Source of the DNA: Terriglobia bacterium
GTDB taxonomy: Bacteria; Acidobacteriota; Terriglobia; UBA7540
Length of the DNA stretch: 64,000 bases
Reading direction: 5' to 3'
Assembly (NCBI GenBank): GCA_050012175.1
Contig: JBEKHR010000029.1
Location: 1,205-65,204, forward strand
Shown here one piece after another: positions 1 to 9,217 of this stretch. The notes beneath the pieces were generated by a model that was not told the DNA's origin, ran no database searches, and worked only from the letters and a program-made list of their open reading frames with translations. A program made the translations under genes and the position numbers. How positions within the stretch are numbered: the stretch's first letter is position 1; each line of letters starts with the position of its first letter.

Positions 1-595
1 TTAGGAGCACCAAGACATCCTCGTGGCTTACGTCGTAGTCACTGTCACTGACGAGGTCCGCAAGCGATAGAAGGGATTCAACAGAAATGATTCTCAACTG
101 GTTCGTTCTCTTCTCGGCGACAATCGCGTGCCCGAGCTGGCGCACCTCTGGGTCAGGACGGCCAACCGCATAGAGACCCAACGCGGAGTCCCACGAGGGA
201 ACCTGTTTTTGCGAGATCAACTCGTCAACATAACCGAGCAATGTGGATGTTTTAATCGCGTAGGTTTCTGTGGTCTTAACCTCTAGGATCACGTGAAGCC
301 CCGTGGGAGACTTCCAATGGCCGTCAAAACCAACCTCACCCTGAACGCCCCGATAACGGCCGAAGACAACGTCGAACCCCAAAAAGCCTCCGATGTGATT
401 GACCAAGTCCTGCAACGCGCGGTTATTCTGGTCTCCTGGAGTCCGAAGGCATTGTTCGATGTGATCGCGGAGCTCGGCCACGTTCGTCACGTTCTTCGTC
501 AGGAACCGACGGAATCGTTCGCGGGGAGTGTCGGCCCCCGCGGAATCATCGAGCGGTCCAACTAGATCAAGGATTTGATTTAGCGTCGTACTCAT
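1..595 (-). CDS. PD-(D/E)xK-type nuclease-like protein; C-terminus lies beyond the window edge; putative restriction partner of the adjacent methyltransferase
   Basis: I translated the minus strand from the ATG at 595-593: MSTTLNQILDLVGPLDDSAGADTPRERFRRFLTKNVTNVAELRDHIEQCL...GFDGHWKSPTGLHVILEVKTTETYAIKTSTLLGYVDELI... It stays open to position 1, so it has no stop in the window and is absent from the ORF track. The D-x12-E-V-K spacing fits a PD-(D/E)xK core. It lies 19 nt downstream of the methyltransferase stop on the same strand. Confidence 0.55.
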   Translation of the reverse strand, partial: MSTTLNQILDLVGPLDDSAGADTPRERFRRFLTKNVTNVAELRDHIEQCLRTPGDQNNRALQDLVNHIGGFLGFDVVFGRYRGVQGEVGFDGHWKSPTGLHVILEVKTTETYAIKTSTLLGYVDELISQKQVPSWDSALGLYAVGRPDPEVRQLGHAIVAEKRTNQLRIISVESLLSLADLVSDSDYDVSHEDVLVLL

Positions 596-613
596 CGCTG
601 TCCCCCACAAGGA

Positions 614-2227
614 CTAGAAAAGCCCCTCCTGCTCGTGTTTCGTCTTTCTCTCTGCTTTGGCGAAGGTTTCGACGCGGTGGGTCGGGTATTCGAGTTTCCT
701 TCCGGCCAGCAATTCGGCGATGGTGAGGATTTGCAGGCGCGGATAGCGGCCCGGAAAGTCTTTTGACTCGTAGAAGCCCGTGGCCGCAGCTTCCGTGAGC
801 ATGGGTTTGGTGGACTCGCGCAGTGTGATCAGCGCGCCGATGGCAGCTTTCTCGCGCTCCAGCACGCCCTTTAGGTCGCGCACGTGGTTCACGCCGACGT
901 AGCCGCTCTTCACCTGCACAATCACCTGCTTGGCTTGGCCGCCCTTGTCGTCGAAAAAGTTGATGTAGCCGTCGATGCCGGTGTCCGCGCCTTTTCTGTG
1001 GTCCTTGGCCGGCCGCGCATCCACCAGGTCCACCGCCCACCACTCGAACTGGTGCGGGCTGATTTCTTTCAGCGCCTCGGCGCCCTGCAAGTCCGTGGGC
1101 GCACCGATGATCTCATAAGTGCTAAGTTGCTCCGCAAAGCTATCCCGCAGCCGACGCTGCACCAGGTTGATGGCGAGATATGTGACGTCAATGCCGATCC
1201 AGCGGCGTTTGAGTTTCTCGGCTACGGCAATCGCGGTGCCGCAGCCGCAGAAGGGATCGAGAACTATATCGCCCTCATCGCTGCTGGCTTTGATGATCCG
1301 TTCGAGAAGTGCTTCGGGTTTCTGGGTGGGATAGCCGAGACGTTCCTGGGCGCGAGAATTGATTGGGTCGATGTCCGTCCAGACATTTCCTGCGAGAACC
1401 CCCGGCATTTCGTCAAGATAACGCTTAAGTTGTGGCCGCTTAGATTTTGAGTCCGGGTACCAGATTCGACCCTCCGCGTCCAGTCTTGCCATCGTCTCTT
1501 TGGAGTAGCGCCAACCGAGGGGAGGCGAGGGATGCCCCTTCCAGGTGTACATCATGTTCGGCCTCGGCTTCGGGCTTGTCATGTTGTCGAGTCTGTACTT
1601 ACGCCCGGCGTGGTCCGTATAGCGGTACTTGCTGGCGATGTACTCTTCGCTGTGCGGCTCGTGAAGAGGATTCCAGGTGGGGTTATCGCTTCTCCCGTAA
1701 TGAAGCAGGATGTCCGCCACCGGGCCCCATCGTTTCGCGTCGCTGTGGGTTCCCGTTCGCTTCCATGTAACTTCCGCTAGGAAATGCTCAGGGCCGAAGA
1801 TCGAATCCATCAGCAGTTTGAGGTAATGGCTCGCCGTCGGGTCGCAGTGCAGATATATGCTGCCCGTCGGCTTGAGCACGCGGTGTAATTCCACCAGGCG
1901 AATTGCCATCATCACGAGATAGGCCATCATATCGTTGCGGCCAAGGAACGCGAGCAGCGCCTGCATGAGATCGGCGAGCTTGCGCGGGCCGCTGGTGACG
2001 ATTTCCTTGTACACCGCCTCTGCTTCCACGCTCCACTGCCACGTGTCCTCAAAGGCCGTGATTTGCGCGGCGGATTCCTCGCCACTCTTTTCCTTGAAGA
2101 GGACGTTGTAGCTGGCGTTGGAGTTGAAGGGCGGGTCAAGGTAAATCAGGTCAACGCTGGCGTCCGCGACGTGGTCGCGAAGAATTTTCAGGTTATCGCC
2201 AAAATAGAGCTTGTTCTTTTCATCCAT
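614..2227 (-). CDS. Beta-class N6-adenine/N4-cytosine DNA methyltransferase fused to a C-terminal Mrr-like restriction-endonuclease domain
   Basis: Motif IV ([12 protein letters not shown]) lies near the N-terminus and motif I ([18 protein letters not shown]) lies later, which is the beta-class order. The C-terminal segment TGIDGYINF...[21 protein letters not shown] resembles the Mrr catalytic D...(Q/E)xK core. I placed the start at the internal Met ([16 protein letters not shown]). The ORF track extends to 2335. Confidence 0.85.
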   Translation of the reverse strand: MDEKNKLYFGDNLKILRDHVADASVDLIYLDPPFNSNASYNVLFKEKSGEESAAQITAFEDTWQWSVEAEAVYKEIVTSGPRKLADLMQALLAFLGRNDMMAYLVMMAIRLVELHRVLKPTGSIYLHCDPTASHYLKLLMDSIFGPEHFLAEVTWKRTGTHSDAKRWGPVADILLHYGRSDNPTWNPLHEPHSEEYIASKYRYTDHAGRKYRLDNMTSPKPRPNMMYTWKGHPSPPLGWRYSKETMARLDAEGRIWYPDSKSKRPQLKRYLDEMPGVLAGNVWTDIDPINSRAQERLGYPTQKPEALLERIIKASSDEGDIVLDPFCGCGTAIAVAEKLKRRWIGIDVTYLAINLVQRRLRDSFAEQLSTYEIIGAPTDLQGAEALKEISPHQFEWWAVDLVDARPAKDHRKGADTGIDGYINFFDDKGGQAKQVIVQVKSGYVGVNHVRDLKGVLEREKAAIGALITLRESTKPMLTEAAATGFYESKDFPGRYPRLQILTIAELLAGRKLEYPTHRVETFAKAERKTKHEQEGLF

Positions 2228-2519
2228 TACGGCAAAGCATAGCACAACCTTAGCGGCTGGCGCATCCCGATACGGAGCGAGGGAGGTAGCAAGAGTAGCG
2301 CGGACCTCTGCTGCGTGAGGTCCGCGGCTTTTCACTCCCGCCAGCGCTCGCCGGCTCGGTTCACTATTGCCCCCGCAGACGGCACCTCACAATCCGGCAT
2401 CCACAATTCATAATCGCCCTTGACCTTGAGCCCATGCGGGGTTCGGCAGAGGGCTTGGCCCTCTCCCGGGGCGGGCCGCGGCGCGGTGAAGGTTCTGAGG
2501 CGGGGGAGCATCCGAGGGA

Positions 2520-2927
2520 TTATCGGCGATTTGGTTCTCCGTCAGCGCCGGGCCCTGGCTGCTTAGGCTGGGTGACCAGGCTCAGAAGAACAACCACACC
2601 CCAGCCCAAGACCGCCAGCATGAGGAAGAAGCAAATTGCCGAGATCTGTTGCTGGTTCTTGCCGACCAGATAAGACCGGTCAGCGATAATCGACTCATAG
2701 CTTTGGTGACAACTCTGGTAGCTCACCGAGAGGAATCCTGCCAGCGCCGGCAACACCAAGCCAGCGGGGAAGAGCTTTTTGAGGACGGAGGCGAGATTCC
2801 TGTTGGGGAAAGCGCTGGCGAGCCCGGCGAGCGGGCGGCGCAGAAAGGCATAAGCCGCCATGGCGATCACGATCGACAGCACGCCAACAAAGAAGTACGA
2901 GACGATCAGGTACTGTTCATTGCTCAT
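2520..2927 (-). CDS. small integral membrane protein, unknown function
   Basis: 135-aa ORF with three or four hydrophobic helices. It overlaps the upstream membrane-protein ORF by 11 nt, which suggests translational coupling. Confidence 0.55.
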   Translation of the reverse strand: MSNEQYLIVSYFFVGVLSIVIAMAAYAFLRRPLAGLASAFPNRNLASVLKKLFPAGLVLPALAGFLSVSYQSCHQSYESIIADRSYLVGKNQQQISAICFFLMLAVLGWGVVVLLSLVTQPKQPGPGADGEPNRR

Positions 2928-3276
2928 GCTTCGCTCGCAGAACGGCCACGAGGACGGTAATCAGAATGAGATAGCCCAGCAGAAATCCGAAGAAGAACTG
3001 GCAGACTTCTTGCACGCCCGCCGCGACTCTCCAAACGTACTCCATGAAGGGATCGCTCGGCTTGAAGTTGAAGGTCGTTCCGAAGCCGCCCGCGCAGGCG
3101 GCCAGCAATAGGCCGATAAGAAAGCTTCGTAGGTAGAACGTGGTGCCGTCGGGTAACTTCAGGGCTTGGTTCAGCAGGCCTTCGAGGCTCTTCGATACGA
3201 GAGCCCAGATTGCAAACGTCAGGGCGAGCGATAGCGCGAGCAGAATGACAAATCCGGCGAGGTTCTGAGGGCTCAT
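2917..3276 (-). CDS. small integral membrane protein, unknown function
   Basis: 119-aa ORF with hydrophobic helices (FVILLALSLALTFAIWALV, FLIGLLLAACAGGF, FFFGFLLGYLILITVLVAVL). It is the first gene of a two-gene pair. Confidence 0.55.
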   Translation of the reverse strand: MSPQNLAGFVILLALSLALTFAIWALVSKSLEGLLNQALKLPDGTTFYLRSFLIGLLLAACAGGFGTTFNFKPSDPFMEYVWRVAAGVQEVCQFFFGFLLGYLILITVLVAVLRAKHEQ

Positions 3277-3635
3277 ACCAGTGCTCCATCCTTAGTCTCT
3301 ACGCAGATGATCCGGTCGTCTCAGTAGTGGCTCGAGTCTCCGCGAGTGTACACCCGCCAGCCTGATGCAGCAAGAGGCGCTGGGGGAGTGATGTCATGCC
3401 AGGGTTGTGGTGTCCCTTTCCATCCTGCTCCCTGGTAGGACGTCACGTTTGTAGCGCCACCTGCACATGTGGCGGGTGTCGCGCTAACGTTACACCCGTG
3501 CGCTACGCGGCCATGGGGTAGCGTCCCAATTAGAATGCAGGGCCGCCTCTCTCCCGCCATGCCGGGACGGGCCGGCCAGGCCGGTCCCGCCTTGCGGGAC
3601 CCCGCCCTACGTCGCATATTAGGACACCACCGGCC

Positions 3636-4949
3636 ATGGGGGGAATGGACAGAAAGCAAAGCTTTCATGATATGGTGGAGTTCACGTTCCGTTTTTCCTG
3701 TGAGCAAGAGAGTTTGCTGGCGAACCCGATGATTCAAAAGAAACAAGACGACGCCACATTTGGCCGGCCGCGTATTACCTCCGGAATTCAAAAAAAGATC
3801 GTCCAGATTAACTGGGAGGTGACAATTTCGAAGCTCCTCGGCGTGGCTTGCGGATTGGTCTTAGGGGGCCTTTTGGTGGCAGGGCTCTGGCCCTTTCACT
3901 CTCCCAGGAATCAGGTGACATGGTTCGCTGGGGGCAACGGCCTGCACTTTGGTCGTCATGGGACGATACTGAGTTCCGGCAAATTCAAGGCGGCGAATGC
4001 GCCAGCGGACGCCCCATGCAGCCTGGAGATCTGGTTCGAGCCTGATCTTACTGCGGCCTCGGCCACTCTCTTCGCCTTCTACGCTCCAGGGAACCCTCGG
4101 CAGTTCTCGCTGAACCAATCCATTACTGACCTTGCCTTGCAAAATGACATTCGCGAGGGGCGCTATCGAACCCTAACCACCAGACTCTTCTATGTTGAAG
4201 ATATTTTCCGTCGGGGAAAGCCGTTGTTCGTAACGGTTACGTCAAAGGGAGGGCAGACGTCAGTCTATATTGACGGTGCGCTGGCCCGAACAGCCCCCAA
4301 GTTTCCGCTCTCCAGCCGGGATTTTGACGGCGAGCTCGTCATCGCCAACTCGCCCATAGTAGAAAGTAGCTGGTCAGGTCTTTTGCGGGGGCTTGCCTTT
4401 TATGACCAAGAGATCTCGCCGGCGCAGGTCTTTCACCACTATGAGACTTGGACAGAAAAGGGACGACCAGACGTTTCCGAAAATGAGCGTGCCGTGGCGC
4501 TTTATCTGTTTGATGAACGCGCGGGTCGTGTCATTCATAACCAAGTGCCCTCGGGAACCGACTTGTATATTCCGGACCGTTATCTGGTTTTGGACCAAGC
4601 CCTCCTACGCCCCTTCTGGGAGGAATTCCGTCCAACTTGGAGCTATTGGGGTGACGTGCTGGTCAACATTGCGGGTTTTGTTCCTTTCGGGTTCCTTTTC
4701 TGCGCCTACTTTTCGCTGGCCGGACGGATCAAAAGGCCGGCACTGGTCACAATCCTTCTAGGGTTCGCAGTCAGCCTTACGATCGAATCTCTTCAGGCAT
4801 TCCTGCCGACGCGGGATTCCGGCACCACAGATGTCATCACAAATACCTTGGGCACTTGTTTCGGAGTTTGGTTGTATCGATTGAACCTTGGGCGAGTCCT
4901 ATTCGCGAGAATCTGGACACACCTTGCGCGAAAAGGGGAATTCGGGTGA
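3636..4949 (+). CDS. membrane protein with a LamG/concanavalin-like domain and a C-terminal VanZ-like domain
   Basis: TM helix LLGVACGLVLGGLLVAGLW, then a central beta-rich region with a lectin-like pattern. The C-terminus (GFVPFGFLFCAYF...ESLQAFLPTRDSGTTDVITNTLGTCFGVWLY) is typical of the VanZ family. The start is uncertain; internal Met codons at 3672 and 3729 are alternatives. Confidence 0.7.
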   Translation: MGGMDRKQSFHDMVEFTFRFSCEQESLLANPMIQKKQDDATFGRPRITSGIQKKIVQINWEVTISKLLGVACGLVLGGLLVAGLWPFHSPRNQVTWFAGGNGLHFGRHGTILSSGKFKAANAPADAPCSLEIWFEPDLTAASATLFAFYAPGNPRQFSLNQSITDLALQNDIREGRYRTLTTRLFYVEDIFRRGKPLFVTVTSKGGQTSVYIDGALARTAPKFPLSSRDFDGELVIANSPIVESSWSGLLRGLAFYDQEISPAQVFHHYETWTEKGRPDVSENERAVALYLFDERAGRVIHNQVPSGTDLYIPDRYLVLDQALLRPFWEEFRPTWSYWGDVLVNIAGFVPFGFLFCAYFSLAGRIKRPALVTILLGFAVSLTIESLQAFLPTRDSGTTDVITNTLGTCFGVWLYRLNLGRVLFARIWTHLARKGEFG

Positions 4950-4986
4950 GGCGAGTCAGGAGACCACTGTCATAGTCCAATCCTTG

Positions 4987-5922
4987 TCACAAGCGCACGC
5001 GGTTTCGGCCTGACTGCTTGCCGCTATACAGGTGCTGATCTGCCCTCTTCAAGAGGGATTCCACCGAATCCCCAGGAGCGTCCATGGCAGCCCCCACCGA
5101 GATGGTCACCTGGATCTGCGAGCCTTCCACCCGTACTGTAGACCGAGCGACCAGTGCCCTGCATCTCTCGGACGTGTCCGCCAGGATGTCTTTCGTAATG
5201 CCGGGGAGAATCACCATGAATTCGTCGCCCCCCCAACGTCCCAGCACGTCGGACGCACGCAAACAACCGGAGACAGTCTTTGCAACGGTGACCAGCGCAG
5301 CATCTCCGGCGACATGCCCGTAGGTGTCGTTGATGTTCTTGAGCTCGTCCAAGTCGGCCAGCATGATTCCGAACGGGGTGCCGAACTTGGAACGTTGATC
5401 GAGTTGCTGAAAGAGCTGTTGCTCCAAATAGCGACGGTTTGCCACCTGGGATGTTGGATCCAGAAATGCCAACTTCGCGAGCTCCCTGGCTCTCTCTCGC
5501 ACGGCCCTCTCCCGCGAGTTGTCATTGAAAATCTCGACCACACCGACAACTTCACCGTCTCTGCCCGTAACCGGGCAGACACGAACCTCCACGGGGACCC
5601 TGTGGCCACGTTTATGGTGAAGATAGATTTCCGCCCGATGCGGGCGACCATCCGCTATGACACGGCTGAGAGGGCACTCTCCCTGACAGAGCAGGCGCCC
5701 GGAGTCGTCGACGTGCATCAGGATGTTGTCGCCACAGCGTGTCCCTACAACTTCTTCGGCGCTGTATCCGGTAAGCTGTTCCGCTGCTTGGTTCCAGTAC
5801 GTAATCCTGCGTTCCAGATCAGTGAAGTAGACAGCGTCAAAAAGGTTGTCCAAAATCCGTTTGAAGAGACTGTTCATTTCATCCGACGACGAAGCCGGAG
5901 AAGAAGGAACTGGAGACTCCAT
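4987..5922 (-). CDS. PAS-domain diguanylate cyclase (GGDEF)
   Basis: N-terminal PAS-like segment (ITYWNQAAEQLTGYSAEEVVG). Intact GGDEF active site (GRWGGDEFMVIL) with an RxxD I-site (RASD) five residues upstream. Confidence 0.9.
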   Translation of the reverse strand: MESPVPSSPASSSDEMNSLFKRILDNLFDAVYFTDLERRITYWNQAAEQLTGYSAEEVVGTRCGDNILMHVDDSGRLLCQGECPLSRVIADGRPHRAEIYLHHKRGHRVPVEVRVCPVTGRDGEVVGVVEIFNDNSRERAVRERARELAKLAFLDPTSQVANRRYLEQQLFQQLDQRSKFGTPFGIMLADLDELKNINDTYGHVAGDAALVTVAKTVSGCLRASDVLGRWGGDEFMVILPGITKDILADTSERCRALVARSTVRVEGSQIQVTISVGAAMDAPGDSVESLLKRADQHLYSGKQSGRNRVRL

Positions 5923-6158
5923 ATGTTTTCTCCCTCAGCAGGCGCCTCGCTCTGCGCAACACCTAAGGGATCAGCGCCGACGCTCTTGCGGCGCTGGTAC
6001 AGGTGGAAGCAATACTCACTCCCTTAAGCGTTAGCATTTCAACGCAGGTACCTGCCGTCTGCAATCTGTTCCAGTGTTCCGGCCAGAGTATCCTTGAAGC
6101 AGACCGTGCCGGAAAGATGGACCGCCATGGCTGATTGAAGCGACAATCCAGACCTAGG

Positions 6159-6319
6159 AGGATGCTGAAAAACCCACCTCGCCTGTCATTCCGAGGAGTC
6201 CCGCGTCCGCGGGACGACGAGGAATCTCGCCCCGATCAGATCGGGGTTTCCAGAGAGAGATTTCTCTCCCGCAGGGCGGGATCGGAATGACAACGTTCAC
6301 AAGAGTTTTTCAGCATCCT
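6159..6319. mobile_element. MITE-like element of the GTCATTCYGAG family, full copy with 15-bp terminal inverted repeats
   Basis: TIRs AGGATGCTGAAAAAC (6159-6173) and GTTTTTCAGCATCCT (6305-6319). Internal inverted GTCATTCCGAGG...TCGGAATGAC arms plus nested small hairpins. No ORF. Confidence 0.7.
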
Positions 6320-6696
6320 GCTAGACCTTGCCCTGTGTCACATACCTAAGACAATATACGAATCCAGAAAGAAAGTTCAATAGATTGTTCGTGGGTCGCC
6401 CCAAGCTATGGAACAGGTCCCAAGGGGTGTGCGACATAAAAGTGGGAGTCCTGCCGCTGGTGCTTGTGTCAAGGCAAAGTAGAAATGGGCACTGGTTCAG
6501 TTTGCCGAAAAATACACAATTCAGTAGGGAGCTATTTAGGGCGATTAGAAAGAACTCGACAACCACTTTCTCGAATCTCAAATCAGGGCGTCAATATACT
6601 TGGCTGACCAAGCCATTCCTAGCCCTACTGACGGCGATTGTAAAAAAGTGGAAAACCATAACAATGTTTGCGGTGTTCCTAATTGTCGTTACAGAC

Positions 6697-7437
6697 CTAG
6701 TCGGCGTCGTTGTGAAATTTACATTGCAGAAGGACAGTATCAGCAGAGGCAACAGATCGGTAGCCACAGTACTTGGTGAGGTGCCTCTTTCCGAAAATGT
6801 CTTCGTAAGTAACCTCCCCCCATACGTAGGTGTATCCGGCGCTTCCCAGTCGCTGCAAAATAAGGCCCGTGTATCGGGCAGGGACGGAATCCTTCGATTG
6901 ATACGGGAAATTAGGTGCCAAAACGGCAATGCTGGCGACCTTGGAATTATCGCCAAGATTGGGGTTTTGGGACGTAAGTTCCACCTCGTTGAGTTCCTTC
7001 GAGGAAAAGGACACGAGATTTCTGATGATTACCTTTTTGGCGAATGTTTTTCCCACGTTGGTTGTCGAGACTGTGAAAGAAGTGGGCTTGTCTGGTTCGA
7101 TGGCAGCTATGGATTCAGTGGTTGCTATCCAAGCGCGTTGCTCCAGACGAAACTGTTTGACGGTGGTATCCAAGGCTGCTTTGCTTTGGGATATACTGGA
7201 TTCCAGGGCAGACCTGTTTTGCGCAACGCTATTTTCGATAGATTTGGAGATTCTATCGGCTTCGGCAATGAGTTTATCGTTTTGCCTAGAGGTCCGCTCA
7301 GAACTTTCCCTCAATATGGACAGTTGAAAAATAGCCGCTCCAGCATAGAAGAGAGTACCGAAAGCCACGAGGACGCTGGTCATTACGAGCGCCTTGTTGT
7401 GAAGAGCGGTCTGTTTCCATCTCTGAATAAGCATCAT
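6697..7437 (-). CDS. hypothetical membrane-anchored protein in a low-GC island
   Basis: 246-aa ORF with a protein-like sequence: N-terminal TM (ALVMTSVLVAFGTLFYAGAAIF), a helical Ser/Glu-rich stretch, then a beta-rich domain (WGEVTYEDIFGKRHLTKYCGY). Local GC is about 45%, against about 60% in the flanks. A longer ORF lies exactly antisense to it (see findings). Confidence 0.55.
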   Translation of the reverse strand: MMLIQRWKQTALHNKALVMTSVLVAFGTLFYAGAAIFQLSILRESSERTSRQNDKLIAEADRISKSIENSVAQNRSALESSISQSKAALDTTVKQFRLEQRAWIATTESIAAIEPDKPTSFTVSTTNVGKTFAKKVIIRNLVSFSSKELNEVELTSQNPNLGDNSKVASIAVLAPNFPYQSKDSVPARYTGLILQRLGSAGYTYVWGEVTYEDIFGKRHLTKYCGYRSVASADTVLLQCKFHNDAD

Positions 7438-7806
7438 CTGGTATGCCTTCTTGCCGTCCTCTGTGGGCTAGCTAGTTGCCTTTTCTTGATGCTCAATATT
7501 TACTTTTTCGAAGGAAGCACGGCGCAACTATTCATTCGGATTATATTTTTCCTGGTAACCGCAGTTGCTTCCGCAATCATATTTTATCTAACGCTTCCAA
7601 CCCTTCTAACCATTCAACGCGCTCGACTCTCGCAGGATGCGCTTGGCAATCAAAACGAACTGAACGGATATATCCATAGCGTCCCTCTTGCATGTTCGCG
7701 CTCAGATTTGAACACAAAATGAAAGGCCGAGCAATGAGTAGATTTGCCTGTCAAATCAACAAACTTGCGTTATACTCGCTGCCTCAATTCAACAGGCGGT
7801 TGCCCA

Positions 7807-7845
7807 AGCGGGTAGCGCAGAGTCTCGTTTTTCAGAGACTCTGCG
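7807..7845. repeat. REP-like hairpin, left copy flanking the RAYT remnant
   Basis: GCGGGTAGCGCAGAGTCTCGTTTTTCAGAGACTCTGCG. It has an 11-bp stem and is the exact reverse complement of 8130-8168. Confidence 0.8.
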
Positions 7846-8092
7846 TCTTTTCCTTGATCGATTCCATTACACGCGAGATGGTGACCGGGAAACAGGGGAA
7901 TATGATGGCATGCCAGTGATCGGGCAGGAAAACCCACGCCGTAAGCAGAAAGTGATGTTTCTCTCGGCGCTCGCGCAGCACGCCGGCCAAGCACTCGAAT
8001 TCGGATTCCTCAACCATCCGCCGGTGAGGCCGGAGCCGGCAGGTGATGAAGGAGAATCGGTCAAATAAAACCAGGCGGCGCAAGCGGGACAC
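7832..8092 (-). pseudogene. truncated REP-associated tyrosine transposase (RAYT, IS200/IS605 Y1 family)
   Basis: 86-aa ORF: ...FSFITCRLRPHRR...HFLLTAWVFLPDHWHAIIFP...ISRVMESIKEKT. This matches the N-terminal half of RAYTs, including the HxH (HWH) motif. The C-terminal half carrying the catalytic Tyr is missing, and the ORF runs into the REP hairpin. Confidence 0.7.
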
Positions 8093-8129
8093 GAAAGGGG
8101 ATTATACGCCCCATTGCACATGCACAAGC

Positions 8130-8168
8130 CGCAGAGTCTCTGAAAAACGAGACTCTGCGCTACCCGCT
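8130..8168. repeat. REP-like hairpin, right copy (inverted)
   Basis: CGCAGAGTCTCTGAAAAACGAGACTCTGCGCTACCCGC, the exact reverse complement of 7807-7845. Confidence 0.8.
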
Positions 8169-8399
8169 GTCATGAATCACAACCGGGGTACTTCCGGTCA
8201 AGCCGAGAATATAGTTACCACAAGGGAAGGGTGCGGGCAATACAAAACCGCATTGCGCCAATTCGCCGATAAGGTTGTCGAATACAATAGACACTGGGTT
8301 CGGGGCGCGGGAGGTTTGCACCCACGGGCCACGCCGAGCGTAGCCCCCTTGCGCTTCGCCTGACATCAGTGTTCCAAGGCTCGCTTTACCGTCCGCTTA

Positions 8400-8885
8400 C
8401 GCTCAGCAGGGAGCACCCCCCGTAGGCGTTAAAATACGCTACCCCTTGGAGTTTTTGAGCCCCGCCAGGGGTCCCGCAAAGCGGGATAGCCCATAGCGAA
8501 AGCTATGGGGTGCGCGTAATCCACATGGTTTGGAGACCAGCCCCGGTAGGGGCGACATAACGGCGTCAGGGTCGGCCATCGCTCTTATGTCGCCCGCCGC
8601 GGCGGGCTCATGATGATTTGAATCTTGCATTCCCATCCCGCTTTGCGGGACCGTGGGCCATCCCGCAGGGCGGGATCGCCCCTATCGGGGCTTGAACCTG
8701 TGTCGAAGCTCCCTTGTTTTAACGCGTACGACCCCCGCCCTCAGACAAACCGCCCTGCCGCTTACGAGAGCGCCCGCTCACTGTCATGCTGATCCCGCCC
8801 TGCTGTTTCTCGGCAGAAAAGTCCAGAGCGACCCGCCGCGGCGGGTTCGTCCGCCAATAAGAATGGCGGACTCAGAATGACAGCC
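8400..8885. repeat. pile-up of small palindromic modules with no credible ORF
   Basis: TCCCGC-N-GCGGGA hairpins at 8471-8487, 8636-8650 and 8661-8675. GTAG-headed hairpin at 8546-8595. 16-bp palindrome ACCCGCCGCGGCGGGT at 8831-8846. Half-element 8847-8881 is the reverse complement of 23344-23378. Confidence 0.7.
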
Positions 8886-9217
8886 TGGCAGACGAGTGCA
8901 CGAATGTCAGCCAGAGGCAGCCCAAGCTAGAAAAGAGCTCTGTGCCAAAATGCCACACATTGGGCCAGGGCGCGGGCATCTTGTCCCTTGGAGTCCCTGT
9001 AATAGCCTGATTTCATTGGGCAAAAATAAATATTCACAGACGTCCCAACATTACCCACCGTTCCATTTTTATCTGATAGCCTAGTAGATTTGGCTTCCGG
9101 ACGAACCGCTGGCGGCGCCGGCGGAAACGGAGACCCGGGATCTGGCGCCGCTTCAGGGGCGGCGTTCAGGAAGCTCGCCCGCCACCGACGGGCGCCACAG
9201 AAAAAAGGAGAAACCAC

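Noticed and set aside
567-1043. 158-aa minus-strand ORF, and other internal ORFs within 614-2335
   Set aside because: They are alternative frames of the methyltransferase gene. The composition is Arg/Pro/Gly-rich.
5032-6027. 331-aa plus-strand ORF
   Set aside because: It is antisense to the PAS-GGDEF gene, whose motifs are unambiguous.
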